Source: Candidatus Bathyarchaeum tardum (lineage in GTDB: Archaea; Thermoproteota; Bathyarchaeia; Bathyarchaeales; Bathyarchaeaceae). Taken from it: 64,000 nucleotides of DNA. The stretch spans positions 1,696,001 through 1,760,000 of the forward strand of contig CP122380.1 in assembly GCA_024650005.2 (NCBI GenBank), in the 5' to 3' direction. The translations under genes were made by a program, and so were the position numbers. The notes below the pieces were generated by a model. It was not told where the DNA came from. It searched no databases and saw only the letters and a list, made by a program, of their open reading frames with translations. Positions 30,354-40,065 of this stretch are shown piece by piece (positions within the stretch are counted from its first letter, which is position 1; the number at the start of each line of letters is the position of its first letter).

Positions 30354-31475
30354 ATGAAAAAAACAAGTAAAATAATTCTAGTTCCTTTGCTTTTGGTAAT
30401 AATATCTTTCAATTCGAATGTTAAAATGACTTGTTTAAGTACTATGGAAGTAGATGAACCAAATGAAGTTTTAGTTTTTTTGGAAGAAGTTGTCAAACTA
30501 GATTTGAGCAAATACAACATAGAATTAGCTGGAACGACCGTGAGTTATCCATTAGAATTAAATGGTCTACCTCAAACAACTGGAAAATACATACTTCATT
30601 CAACAACAAGCAATATAACGGTACTATTCAAGTTTAGAAACCACACATTATCATGGTGCCTATTACGATCTAACAACGACTCGCCAAAATTTAGTATTCA
30701 AGTGAACGACAGCGTGTTTGACAAAACTAAAGCGTTTTTGGACAGATATCAAACATTCACAGAAGATTCAAGTGTAGAAGCAATGAAAAACATGTTAGAT
30801 AGTATAGATACAACAAAAAACACTACAAAGACAACAAATGAAATAAAAGTTTCAGTTGAAAATACTGCAGAATCTACCTGTTTTGAATGGATACAAACAA
30901 TCAATGGTGCAGAATATGCAGGAATGTCAATTTCTTTCAAAAATGGAACATTTTATTCACTGAGTGATAAAAGGAGCATTTACAGCACAGGTGACACTGA
31001 GGTAAACATCACAAAACAAGAAGCTATATCACTTTCATTAAAATACGCTGAAAACCTTACATGGACAATAGGCGATGAAAAGGTAACCGAGTTCAACATA
31101 CAGGAGGAAATGATCGATCCCAAACTATTTACCAGGGGTAGAGATGAACCATTAAAACTGTATCCTTATTGGCATGTCTTACTTTATCTGGATGATACAT
31201 ACCCTGGAAATGTTAGGCACATTCAAGTTATGTTGTGGGCAGATACAGGAAAGCCGATAGATTGTCAACCAATAAGCTTTGGGGGAATGGCCCCACAGGA
31301 TGATGTTAACGCTGATGACAAACAATTAACAAATGGACAAATTACAATATCCTCAAGTGAACAGAATATTGCAACTTTAAATGCAGTAGATGTCGGCATA
31401 ATAGCATTATCAATCATCATAATTGTAATAACAAGCATAATTTTAATTTTCAAAAGAAAAAAAGTTAAATATTGA
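30354..31475 (+). CDS. Secreted, C-terminally membrane-anchored protein with a PepSY/YcdB-like region
   Basis: Signal peptide; ITKQEAISLSL...LYPYWHV..IQVMLWADTG; C-terminal TM + KRKK. Confidence 0.7.
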   Translation: MKKTSKIILVPLLLVIISFNSNVKMTCLSTMEVDEPNEVLVFLEEVVKLDLSKYNIELAGTTVSYPLELNGLPQTTGKYILHSTTSNITVLFKFRNHTLSWCLLRSNNDSPKFSIQVNDSVFDKTKAFLDRYQTFTEDSSVEAMKNMLDSIDTTKNTTKTTNEIKVSVENTAESTCFEWIQTINGAEYAGMSISFKNGTFYSLSDKRSIYSTGDTEVNITKQEAISLSLKYAENLTWTIGDEKVTEFNIQEEMIDPKLFTRGRDEPLKLYPYWHVLLYLDDTYPGNVRHIQVMLWADTGKPIDCQPISFGGMAPQDDVNADDKQLTNGQITISSSEQNIATLNAVDVGIIALSIIIIVITSIILIFKRKKVKY

Positions 31476-31578
31476 AAAGATAAAACAGTTAAAGAGGGAC
31501 ATAAAAAATAAGAATCATCTTTATAATTACTGAAACAGCGAAGATGATACTTGGTAAACAATCAATTGTGATTAAAAT

Positions 31579-32658
31579 ATGAAAAAGCATATGGCAATTA
31601 GTTTCAATGTAGCTCTTTTATGTACGATAACAATCATTCCAGTAACGTTAGGTAAGACAGCACAAGATTCGTGGGTAACATTAGAATCTATGCCAACTGC
31701 AAGGTGTTCATTTGGAGTTGGGGTTGTGGATGGAAAAATTTTTGCAATCGGTGGTAATAACGGCACTTATCTTGCAGTTAATGAAATGTACGACCCTGCA
31801 ACAGACATGTGGATAACAAAAGCACCTATGCCAACTCCTAGAATATGTTTTTCGATTACTGTTTACCAAAACAAAATTTATGTGATAGGGGGAATTGTAA
31901 ATTCAAGCACTCCATTTTATTCGGGGTACACTGGAGTAACAGAAGTGTATGATCCCCAAACTGACACATGGGAAACAAAAAAACCCATGCCCACACCCAG
32001 AGCAGACCTAGAAGCCAATGTGGTTGACGACAATATCTACCTGATAGGGGGGTCACAATACATAGATGTTTTTCCATTTAGTTCAGGAGGCAGCAACACA
32101 AATGAAGTTTACAATCCAGCAAATGATTCTTGGACAACAAAAAATGAAATACCTAACAGCGTTTTTGGTTTCCCATCTGCAGTAGTTGGAAACAAAATCT
32201 ATGTTATGGGCGGATGGTCTAAACTTACGTATAAGCTTAATCAAATATACGATACAGATGCTGATACATGGAGTTACGGAAAAAATCTAACGATTGACAC
32301 GTTTAATGCTGGGGTAGGAATAACCACAGGTAACTTTGCCCCAGAAAAAATCTACATTTTCGGGACTCACCCACAATCAAACATTGCCGTGAACGTTACA
32401 CAGATATACGATTATAAAAATGACACGTGGAGCCTTGGAACTCCAATGCCTACTGCCCGTTATGGATTAGAAGTTGCAGTAATAAACGATGAACTATATG
32501 CCATTGGAGGAAAAAATCAGGACACATACTATGCAACAAACGAAAAATATACCCCAGCAGGGTACATACCAGAAATTCCAGATTGGCTAGTTGTTCCTGT
32601 TTTTGGAGTCTTAACAATTTTAGCGATTACATTGTATAAAAAAATGAAAACTGGGTAA
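31579..32658 (+). CDS. Secreted Kelch-repeat protein with PEF-CTERM-like tail
   Basis: About 6 Kelch blades (MPTAR..IFAIGG..YDP..W); C-terminal IPEIP + TM + basic tail. Confidence 0.9.
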   Translation: MKKHMAISFNVALLCTITIIPVTLGKTAQDSWVTLESMPTARCSFGVGVVDGKIFAIGGNNGTYLAVNEMYDPATDMWITKAPMPTPRICFSITVYQNKIYVIGGIVNSSTPFYSGYTGVTEVYDPQTDTWETKKPMPTPRADLEANVVDDNIYLIGGSQYIDVFPFSSGGSNTNEVYNPANDSWTTKNEIPNSVFGFPSAVVGNKIYVMGGWSKLTYKLNQIYDTDADTWSYGKNLTIDTFNAGVGITTGNFAPEKIYIFGTHPQSNIAVNVTQIYDYKNDTWSLGTPMPTARYGLEVAVINDELYAIGGKNQDTYYATNEKYTPAGYIPEIPDWLVVPVFGVLTILAITLYKKMKTG

Positions 32659-32877
32659 TCATAATTTCTGGCAATCAACTATTTTTAAACTAAATGTCAA
32701 GCAAACATGATAGCAAAGCTCATATCTTATTTCCGAGAAATAGATTCTTAGAGATATTTATCCTAAAAAATAGTTCTGGTTAGCTCTTTGGGTCATTAAT
32801 CCACAGAAAAGGTGAATAAATGCAACCAAATTTTTAGGTGAATACCTCAACAAACAATAAACTAGTAGGTGAAAAAG

Positions 32878-33264
32878 ATGCCATATTGTCCTAAGTGTGG
32901 CTCAGAAGTTAAAGAAGAGAATTCTTTTTGTCCCAAATGCGGTGCTGCTTTAAAGGCTACAGGGTCTACTCCGCCTAGATCGCCAGAATATCGTAGAAAC
33001 GAGAAGGCAGAAAAAAACGAAAAACAAGAAAAAAATGAAAAAAGCGGAAACGAAAAATATGAAAAACAACAGTTCGGCGTTTTCGGCCCTTTCATGGGGG
33101 GAGTTATCCTAATATTAGTTGGGTTAATGTTTTATCTTTCAGTGTCAGGCATCATTGAGTTTCGGTCAATTTTTCCTTTTGTTCTGATCATAATCGGGGC
33201 ATTAATCATAATCAGTGTGCTAACAGGTGCAATGAGAGCAAAACAACGAAACCCCAAACCCTAA
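32878..33264 (+). CDS. Zinc-ribbon membrane protein
   Basis: YCPKCG...FCPKCG, EK-rich linker, 2 TMs; SD AGGTGA. Confidence 0.85.
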   Translation: MPYCPKCGSEVKEENSFCPKCGAALKATGSTPPRSPEYRRNEKAEKNEKQEKNEKSGNEKYEKQQFGVFGPFMGGVILILVGLMFYLSVSGIIEFRSIFPFVLIIIGALIIISVLTGAMRAKQRNPKP

Positions 33265-33322
33265 AACTGACATAGTGCTCCTGTCAACAATATTTGTAGT
33301 CAGCTTTCGGGATGAAACAACA

Positions 33323-34447
33323 ATGAGTGGCGTAGACATTCTAAATTATATCGTTAGTCCATGGCACGAAGCACTAAAAGATCCAGCACAGGCACAAAAC
33401 CAAATTTTAAAAAAATTGCTTGAAGGCTACGCCAAAACAGATTATGGAAAAAACCATTCTGCAGCTGAAATCAAAGATGGAATTGAATTTCGTGCCAAGT
33501 TTCCAACCATCAATTATTCGGGGCTTGGACCGTATTTTGAAGAAGTAAAAAACGGAAACTACTCCGCGATACTGCCTGAACCGCCCCTGTGTTGGGTAAT
33601 GACCAGGGGCTCTACAGGTAAGTCTAAGGTTATTCCAGTTACCAAATCGCATATTGAACAAATTTTTTCTTGTGGTGCCCGAGCCATAACTAACTATGCC
33701 CTGAGAAAAAACAGCATGGAAGTTTTAGATGGAAAGATATTGAACATGAATTTTCCGTCTACGGTAACTACCCTTGATTCCAAGGGACGAAAAATCACGT
33801 ACGGTTACAGTTCGGGAACCTACGCGAAACTGAATCCCATGCTGAATCAGGTTAGCCTTTTGCCCCGACAAGAAGAAATTGACGCTTTGGGTTCAGGAAT
33901 CACCCGCCCAGACTGGGAAAAAAGGTTTGAACTTGTCTATCAGCGTGCCTTAAATCAACAGGTAGTAGCAGCCATTGGAGTTACGCCGGTTATTTTGTCG
34001 TTTGCACAATATGTTAAACGAAAACATGCAAAAAATCCCAAAGATTTGTGGAACTTCAAGGTCCTAGTGTGCACCAGCGTGAGAAAAATTCAGTTCAAGT
34101 ATGGCCCAATTCTAAGAAAACTATTCGGCGATGTTCCTATTGTTGAAATGTACAGCGCCACCGAGGGCGCTTTTATGCAACAGTTGGATGATTTGCCGTA
34201 TGTTTCTCCTAACTATGATGCTTACTATTTTGAAGTCCAAACAAGCAAGGGAACCAAGATGCTTCATGAACTAAAACGGGGTGAATGGGGTCGATTGATT
34301 ATTTCTTCGTGTTTGTTTCCCCGTTATGACATTGGTGACTTGGTTGAAGCCATGGGGAAAAACTATTTTCGGGTAATTGGGCGAGCAAAACCCATGGTTT
34401 TACTGGAGCACAGGTTGTATCGGCTGTTTTTTGGTTGGCTCACCTAA
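33323..34447 (+). CDS. GH3-family acyl-adenylate/amido synthetase-like protein (short)
   Basis: TRGSTGKSKVIPVT, YSATEG, RYDIGD, VIGR. Confidence 0.8.
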   Translation: MSGVDILNYIVSPWHEALKDPAQAQNQILKKLLEGYAKTDYGKNHSAAEIKDGIEFRAKFPTINYSGLGPYFEEVKNGNYSAILPEPPLCWVMTRGSTGKSKVIPVTKSHIEQIFSCGARAITNYALRKNSMEVLDGKILNMNFPSTVTTLDSKGRKITYGYSSGTYAKLNPMLNQVSLLPRQEEIDALGSGITRPDWEKRFELVYQRALNQQVVAAIGVTPVILSFAQYVKRKHAKNPKDLWNFKVLVCTSVRKIQFKYGPILRKLFGDVPIVEMYSATEGAFMQQLDDLPYVSPNYDAYYFEVQTSKGTKMLHELKRGEWGRLIISSCLFPRYDIGDLVEAMGKNYFRVIGRAKPMVLLEHRLYRLFFGWLT

Positions 34448-34514
34448 CTGCACGAGAAACAGAAGGCTTTTTTATGCCTACGGGAATCAAAAATGCTTGC
34501 AGGAGAAATCGCAT

Positions 34515-36449
34515 ATGGGAAAAAGTGTAACTCAAAAGATACTGGAAAAACACATTGTAGAAGGCAAATTTGAACCAGGAACAGAAATTGCCATCAAAAT
34601 TGACCAAACTTTAACCCAGGATGCTACAGGAACTATGGCATATTTGCAGTTTGAAGCCATGGAAAAGCCCAGAGTAGAAACTGCACTTTCTGTGAGTTAC
34701 ATCGACCATAACACCATACAAATTGGGTTTGAAAACGCTGACGACCACCGTTACTTGCAATCCATTGCTGCAAAATATGGAATTTATTTATCCCGAGTAG
34801 GAAACGGAATCTGTCACCAAGTTCATCTGGAACGTTTTGGTAAACCCTACAAAACTTTGCTGGGTTCTGATAGTCACACCCCAACAGGTGGTGGAATTGG
34901 AATGATCGCCATCGGAGCCGGAGGTTTAGATGTTGCTGCAGCCATGGCTGGAGAGCCGTTTTATCTTATGTGCCCAAAGGTTACAAAAATCAATCTGAAA
35001 GGAAAACTGCAGCCCTGGGTTTCAGCAAAAGATGTTATCCTGAAAGTTTTGGAAATTTTTAGCACCAAAGGCAACGTTGGCACTGTCTTTGAGTACGGCG
35101 GCGAAGGGGTGAAAAGTTTGTCTGTTCCCGAACGGGCAACCATAACTAACATGGGAGCCGAATGTGGAGTAACTACATCGGTGTTTCCGTCTGACGAAGT
35201 CACCCGACAGTTTTTGAAAGCCCAAGGACGAGAACAAGACTGGACAGAAGTCAAAGCCGACTCCGATGCAACCTACGACAAAGTTGTGGATATTGACCTG
35301 AGCAAGATTGTTCCTTTGGCTGCATTTCCTCACAGTCCAGGTAATATCAAAACCGTGAAAGAGCTAGAGGGAACTGCGGTAAATCAGGTTTGTATTGGCA
35401 GCTGCACGAATTCTTCATATAAGGATTTGATGACGGTTTCCAAGATACTGAAAGGCAAAAAGGTTCATCCTTCAGTTAGTTTTGTGATTTCTCCGGGCTC
35501 AAAACAGGTTCTAGAAAACCTTACCCGGGATGGTGCGTTATCAGATTTGTTGGCTGCAGGCGCACGGATTACTGAGCCAGTTTGTGGTTTTTGTATCGGA
35601 AACAGTCAATCTCCTCAAACGAATGCAGTGTCGATTCGAACTTCTAATCGTAACTTTTTTGGGCGTTCAGGAACCAAATCTGCTGATGTTTATTTGACCA
35701 GCCCTGAAACAGCTGCAGCAGCAGTGAGTACAGGATGTTTTACGGATCCACGAGAGTTAGGCATGGATTATCCGAAAGTTGCTATGCCTGAAAAATTCTA
35801 CATTGATGATAGCATGATAGTTGTGCCTTCAAAATGTCCTGAAGAGGTTGAGATTTATCGGGGTCCAAACATTGTGGAGTTGCCCGATAACAAGCCCTTA
35901 GCTTACGATGTTTTAGGTGTTGTTACCATAAAAGTTGGGGACAAAATCACTACCGACCATATTATTCCTGCAGGCGCCAAAATGAAGTACCGTTCTAATG
36001 TTCCGAAATATTCCGAGTTTGTCTTTGAAATCGTGGACGAAACCTTCCCCCAACGAGCCGCCCAAATCAGGGACTCGGGAAAAAACAACATCATAATAGG
36101 TGGATTAAGTTACGGTCAAGGCAGTTCCCGGGAGCATGCAGCGCTTTGTCCAATGTTTTTAGGGGTAAAAGTTGTAATTGCAAAATCCTTTGAGAGAATT
36201 CATTCTGCTAATTTGATTAATTTTGGGATTGTGCCCTTGACTTTTCAAACAGAAACAGATTACGACCAAATTAACCAAGGGGACCAAATCAAAATCGAAA
36301 ACATACGAGAAGCCATTAGCCAAAACAAGCCGTTGACGGTAAAGAATCTAACAAAAAATCAAGAGATCCAAGTAAATTACCTTCTTTCTCAAAGACAACG
36401 CAGCATTATTCTAGCAGGTGGAATGCTCGCTTACATCAAAAACAAATAG
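34515..36449 (+). CDS. Aconitate hydratase (Aquifex/archaeal type)
   Basis: DHN, GICHQVH, GSDSHT, CIGSCTN, CGFCIG, NRNF.GR, TTDHI, GSSREHA; SD AGGAG. Confidence 0.9.
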   Translation: MGKSVTQKILEKHIVEGKFEPGTEIAIKIDQTLTQDATGTMAYLQFEAMEKPRVETALSVSYIDHNTIQIGFENADDHRYLQSIAAKYGIYLSRVGNGICHQVHLERFGKPYKTLLGSDSHTPTGGGIGMIAIGAGGLDVAAAMAGEPFYLMCPKVTKINLKGKLQPWVSAKDVILKVLEIFSTKGNVGTVFEYGGEGVKSLSVPERATITNMGAECGVTTSVFPSDEVTRQFLKAQGREQDWTEVKADSDATYDKVVDIDLSKIVPLAAFPHSPGNIKTVKELEGTAVNQVCIGSCTNSSYKDLMTVSKILKGKKVHPSVSFVISPGSKQVLENLTRDGALSDLLAAGARITEPVCGFCIGNSQSPQTNAVSIRTSNRNFFGRSGTKSADVYLTSPETAAAAVSTGCFTDPRELGMDYPKVAMPEKFYIDDSMIVVPSKCPEEVEIYRGPNIVELPDNKPLAYDVLGVVTIKVGDKITTDHIIPAGAKMKYRSNVPKYSEFVFEIVDETFPQRAAQIRDSGKNNIIIGGLSYGQGSSREHAALCPMFLGVKVVIAKSFERIHSANLINFGIVPLTFQTETDYDQINQGDQIKIENIREAISQNKPLTVKNLTKNQEIQVNYLLSQRQRSIILAGGMLAYIKNK

Positions 36450-36565
36450 CAACAACTTTCCAAAAGTAGGGAGATATTTTGTGTCCCAACTTTTTATTTT
36501 CTGATGAATTAATTACCAAAAAAATAATGGTTTTGGGTTGAAACCTCAAGATAGAGTATAGAAAA

Positions 36566-37534
36566 CTACTCTAAAAACACAGAACCGACATATTTGTTCC
36601 AACCAGATTGAAAGCTTTCATTAGATGAGTCTTTTTTTGCCCGTATGTATTGGGTAATTCTTGCGCTCATCAAGTCAGCGTAATGGAGAGCTGCTGCTTC
36701 AGGTAATTTTGGCTCTACAACTGCACCATATTCTAGTTTACCATGATGGCTCAAAATCATATGAACGATTTTATCTTTTAAAAGTACAGGAAAATTAGTT
36801 TGTTTAGAAATTTTGTCACATATCATCTCGGTTGCAATAGGAATGTGCCCAAGCAGAACGCCAGGTTTTGAGTGTTTGATGCAGGTTGAAACTTCGTAGG
36901 ATTTTATTTTTCCAATATCATGCAAGATTGCTCCAGTTAACAGCAAGCATTTGTCAAGGGACGGATGCATATCACTGATCGCTTTGCAGTAGTTCATTAC
37001 TTCCCAGGTGTGTTCTAGCAAGCCTCCGACGCAGGAGTGGTGAATCTGAATTGCAGCAGGGGATTTTTTGAAATCGTTTACAAAATGTTCATCATCAAAG
37101 AGGTCTTCAAAAAGTTTTTTCAAGTAAAGATTCTCAAACTCGTTTATTGTTTCGATTAGGTCTGTCCACATTTTTTCAATATTTTGATTGGTAGAAACAA
37201 TAAAGTCAACCAAATCATATTCGTTGGATTCTGCAAGGCGTATGATGCCTAAACCTTCGTTAACGTCAATTTTTTTTCCTCGGAATTCTCCAACTTTTCC
37301 GGATACATAAATTATCGAATCTTCCTGGACAGAATCAAATATTTGTTGAACTGCATCTTCTGCTTTTCCACCCCAATAGTTGAGTACAATTTCGCCACTT
37401 TTGTCGACAAGATACAAATTGAACATATAACCGTTAGAATACGATTTCATAGGATTTCGACGTTTAACACAAAAAAAAGAACCAACATTAGTTCCATTAC
37501 TTAGAGTCTTTATCTCACTGATCAAAGTCTTCAT
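36566..37534 (-). CDS. YhaM-family 3'-5' exoribonuclease (OB-fold + HD)
   Basis: PAA..HH...GGLLEH, LHDIGK, LGHI, ILSHHG, EA..LHYAD. Confidence 0.85.
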   Translation of the reverse strand: MKTLISEIKTLSNGTNVGSFFCVKRRNPMKSYSNGYMFNLYLVDKSGEIVLNYWGGKAEDAVQQIFDSVQEDSIIYVSGKVGEFRGKKIDVNEGLGIIRLAESNEYDLVDFIVSTNQNIEKMWTDLIETINEFENLYLKKLFEDLFDDEHFVNDFKKSPAAIQIHHSCVGGLLEHTWEVMNYCKAISDMHPSLDKCLLLTGAILHDIGKIKSYEVSTCIKHSKPGVLLGHIPIATEMICDKISKQTNFPVLLKDKIVHMILSHHGKLEYGAVVEPKLPEAAALHYADLMSARITQYIRAKKDSSNESFQSGWNKYVGSVFLE

Positions 37535-37741
37535 TTTAAATCAACAGCCCGCAATATTACACCCATAGAGATTAACAACTCAAATTTTAGCTTTTAAGTA
37601 ATTTCACCAAGACAAACATAAAAATATAGCAGAAAAAATTGATCTTCAAAAAACAAATTGTAAGCTAGCTAGAATTTTTTCTTGAAGAAGGAAACTATAA
37701 GCATTTTTGTTAAGATACTTTGACTAAATTTTGATTTTGAA

Positions 37742-38302
37742 TTATTTGAGCCATTCTGCCAAGGTTACTTGGTTGGTATTGCCTGTTTTTTCGAGGGTTA
37801 CCATTCCTCGCTCTGCGAAGCGTGCTAGTATCCTGTGGGTTTTAAGCCTGCTGAGCCCTGCTTCGTGGCGTATGTATTTTTGTAGATAAGTTCCATTGTG
37901 GTTTTTCAGGACGGTTAAGACTTTGTGTTCGTCTTCGTTGAGGGTTTTTAGAACTGATTCATATGAAGACAAGTTTTGATTTTCTGATTGGCTACTACTG
38001 CTGGTTTGTTGGGGTTGAGGCACATTTTTGATCTCGGGAAACAGGTAAAAATAGGTTAATCCGGCAACTCCGATTATTGCAATTCCAGCTATGACTATTA
38101 GTAAGATTCCGTAGATGTTCAAAAGTGGGTCTGTAACGGGATAGTTTCCGCGCATCCAGTCGCCCATGCAACTCCACATGTTGTCAACCCATCCAGTTTG
38201 GGTTGAAGTAGGTGGAGTTAGCATAAATCCTGCAATCAAAAGTATTGCTAGGAAAAAAATAGATGCAAAGAACAAAATTAAGAAAAACGCAAGTTTCTTC
38301 AA
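37742..38302 (-). CDS. Membrane-anchored winged-helix transcriptional regulator
   Basis: Two TMs flanking NMWSCMGDWM loop; C-terminal LNEDEHKVL...LQKYI...GLSRLKTHRILARF..RG.V..EKTG.TN wHTH. Confidence 0.85.
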   Translation of the reverse strand: MKKLAFFLILFFASIFFLAILLIAGFMLTPPTSTQTGWVDNMWSCMGDWMRGNYPVTDPLLNIYGILLIVIAGIAIIGVAGLTYFYLFPEIKNVPQPQQTSSSSQSENQNLSSYESVLKTLNEDEHKVLTVLKNHNGTYLQKYIRHEAGLSRLKTHRILARFAERGMVTLEKTGNTNQVTLAEWLK

Positions 38303-38357
38303 GATTTAACCCAGTTTATATTCTCATGTAGAAATTTAAAGTACTTGACTTTTAGTG

Positions 38358-38968
38358 ATGAAAGAGGGCTAATTCAGGTTCTGGTCTGCGTAAAAAAGCG
38401 TTGATTCTGGTTTGGATAGGAGAAATTTGGAACGTTTTTGAAGCCACCATAGCAATCTGGGCAGCGTTGCTTGCAGGCAGTGTGGCTTTGCTTGCTTTTG
38501 GGTTAGACAGCATTATTGAACTGTTTGCTGGTGCAGTAATGATTTGGCGTTTTTGGAGAGAACACGAAAACCAAGAAACCGAAACAGAACAAAAAGCGTT
38601 AAGACTTATTGGTTTGACTTTCTTTTTGCTCGCCGCGTTTATTGTGCTTCAGTCAGTTGCAAGTTTACCGGGTTATTTTGGAGCACCTAAGGAAAGCCCA
38701 GCAGGCATTTTCATTACGGTTTCAAGTGCAGTTTTGATGACGGTCCTGTTCTTTTATAAAACCCGAATTGCAAAACAGATGGTTCCCGAGCATTACGTGC
38801 AGAAGCTTACGAAAGCCTTTTTGTGATTTACAAGACCTTGTAGTTTTAGTTGGTTTGGGTTTAAACAGCCTTTTTGGCTGGTGGTGGGCAGATCCGGTGA
38901 TGGCGTTGGTGCTTGTTCCTTTGTTAATCAAAGAAGGCTTAGAGTCTTTTGAAGAAGAAAAAGACTAG
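38358..38968 (+). pseudogene. Frameshifted CDF-like cation transporter
   Basis: SVALLAFGLDSIIE...; 1-nt loss near 38780 splits [12 protein letters not shown]...WWWADP; a further 1-nt shift right after ATG 38358. Confidence 0.75.
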
Positions 38969-38973
38969 AAATC

Positions 38974-39019
38974 GTTTCAGAACTGTTTCAAAACCGTTTC
39001 AGTGAACACTCTTAAGACC
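38974..39019 (+). promoter_or_regulatory. Three GTTTCA repeats (11-bp phase) abutting BRE/TATA
   Basis: GTTTCA at 38974, 38985, 38996, then GTGAAC-ACT-CTTAAG-ACC. Confidence 0.75.
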
Positions 39020-39051
39020 TCACCTACCTGTATTATTGTAGGTGAAACATA

Positions 39052-39243
39052 TTGTGCATGTCATGCGGTTGGGGATTATGGCCTTTGCTCGCCGTTTCTA
39101 CGTGCAGTGCAGCTCATGTGCATTCTCACGCTGAAGCCTCCAGTAATGGAGAAAAAGCAATCGACATCTTAAAACAAAGATACGCTAAAGGCGAGATAAA
39201 TAAGGAAACATTCCTTGAAATGAAAAAAGACCTCGAACTCTGA
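39052..39243 (+). CDS. SHOCT-domain microprotein
   Basis: AIDILKQRYAKGEINKETFLEMKKDL; N-terminal CxxC and HxHxH; SD AGGTGA. Confidence 0.85.
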   Translation: MCMSCGWGLWPLLAVSTCSAAHVHSHAEASSNGEKAIDILKQRYAKGEINKETFLEMKKDLEL

Positions 39244-39374
39244 AAAAACAGTTCATAACAGTGGACTAAAAATTTCAGAATAAGTTTGGTTTTTTTTATT
39301 TTTTGTATCTAATTTTTGTTTTTTAGTTAAAGGGGCATTTTGTTGTTGGTTCATTGGTGAAATGCGCGGAATTT

Positions 39375-39433
39375 GTTTCTGGAACCGTTTCATTATTGTT
39401 TCAGTTTTGTTTCAGCGAACTTACTTAAGGCCC
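39375..39433 (+). promoter_or_regulatory. Four GTTTC(A) repeats (12/11/11-bp phase) abutting BRE/TATA
   Basis: Copies at 39375, 39387, 39398, 39409, then GCGAAC-TTA-CTTAAG-GCC. Confidence 0.75.
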
Positions 39434-39462
39434 CTATAACAGTGTTATAGTTGGTGAATGAA

Positions 39463-39732
39463 ATGAGAACAAACAAATTAATCATAATCGGAATCGCCCT
39501 TGTTGCTGTAGGTCTTTTGGCAACAGGAATCGCCTTCGCACATTACGTAACCAATCCATCAACTGGTTACAATTACGGTCCTTACCGGGACAACACCGGT
39601 AATTGGGAAGGATGCTACGACGGATACTATGGACCCTACGGGTATCAACAAACTGCTGAGCCATACAATGGCCAACCCCCTCAAGATCACTACGGTCCCC
39701 AAAGTTATGGACGGGGATGCTGGGGCAGGTAA
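39463..39732 (+). CDS. Small secreted Gly/Tyr-rich protein
   Basis: Signal peptide ending AFA-H; YGP repeats; GCY...GCW. Confidence 0.75.
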   Translation: MRTNKLIIIGIALVAVGLLATGIAFAHYVTNPSTGYNYGPYRDNTGNWEGCYDGYYGPYGYQQTAEPYNGQPPQDHYGPQSYGRGCWGR

Positions 39733-39765
39733 ACCCCAAGTTTACCTTTTGGAGGTGAAAGCAAT

Positions 39766-40002
39766 TTGATGTGGTTTGGATGGGGCTTTATGATCTGGGG
39801 ACCAATATGTCTCATATTAGTCGCAGTAGGAATTTACTACCTCATAAAGTCACAAACACACGACACTTGTTCAGCGCATGCACCAACTCCGCAAAAACAA
39901 ACAACCAGCAGCAGAGCAATTGAATTACTAAAAGAACGCTACGCCAAAGGCGAAATAACAAAAGAACAGTTCCAAGAAATGAAACACGACCTACAACAGT
40001 AA
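39766..40002 (+). CDS. SHOCT-domain membrane microprotein
   Basis: MMWFGWG + TM; AIELLKERYAKGEITKEQFQEMK; SD GGAGGTGA. Confidence 0.88.
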   Translation: MMWFGWGFMIWGPICLILVAVGIYYLIKSQTHDTCSAHAPTPQKQTTSSRAIELLKERYAKGEITKEQFQEMKHDLQQ

Positions 40003-40065
40003 GTTGTATTCCATAAATCTAAACTTCCTTTTTTCTTTTAATTTTTTGTAAGGGGAGAGAATAAC

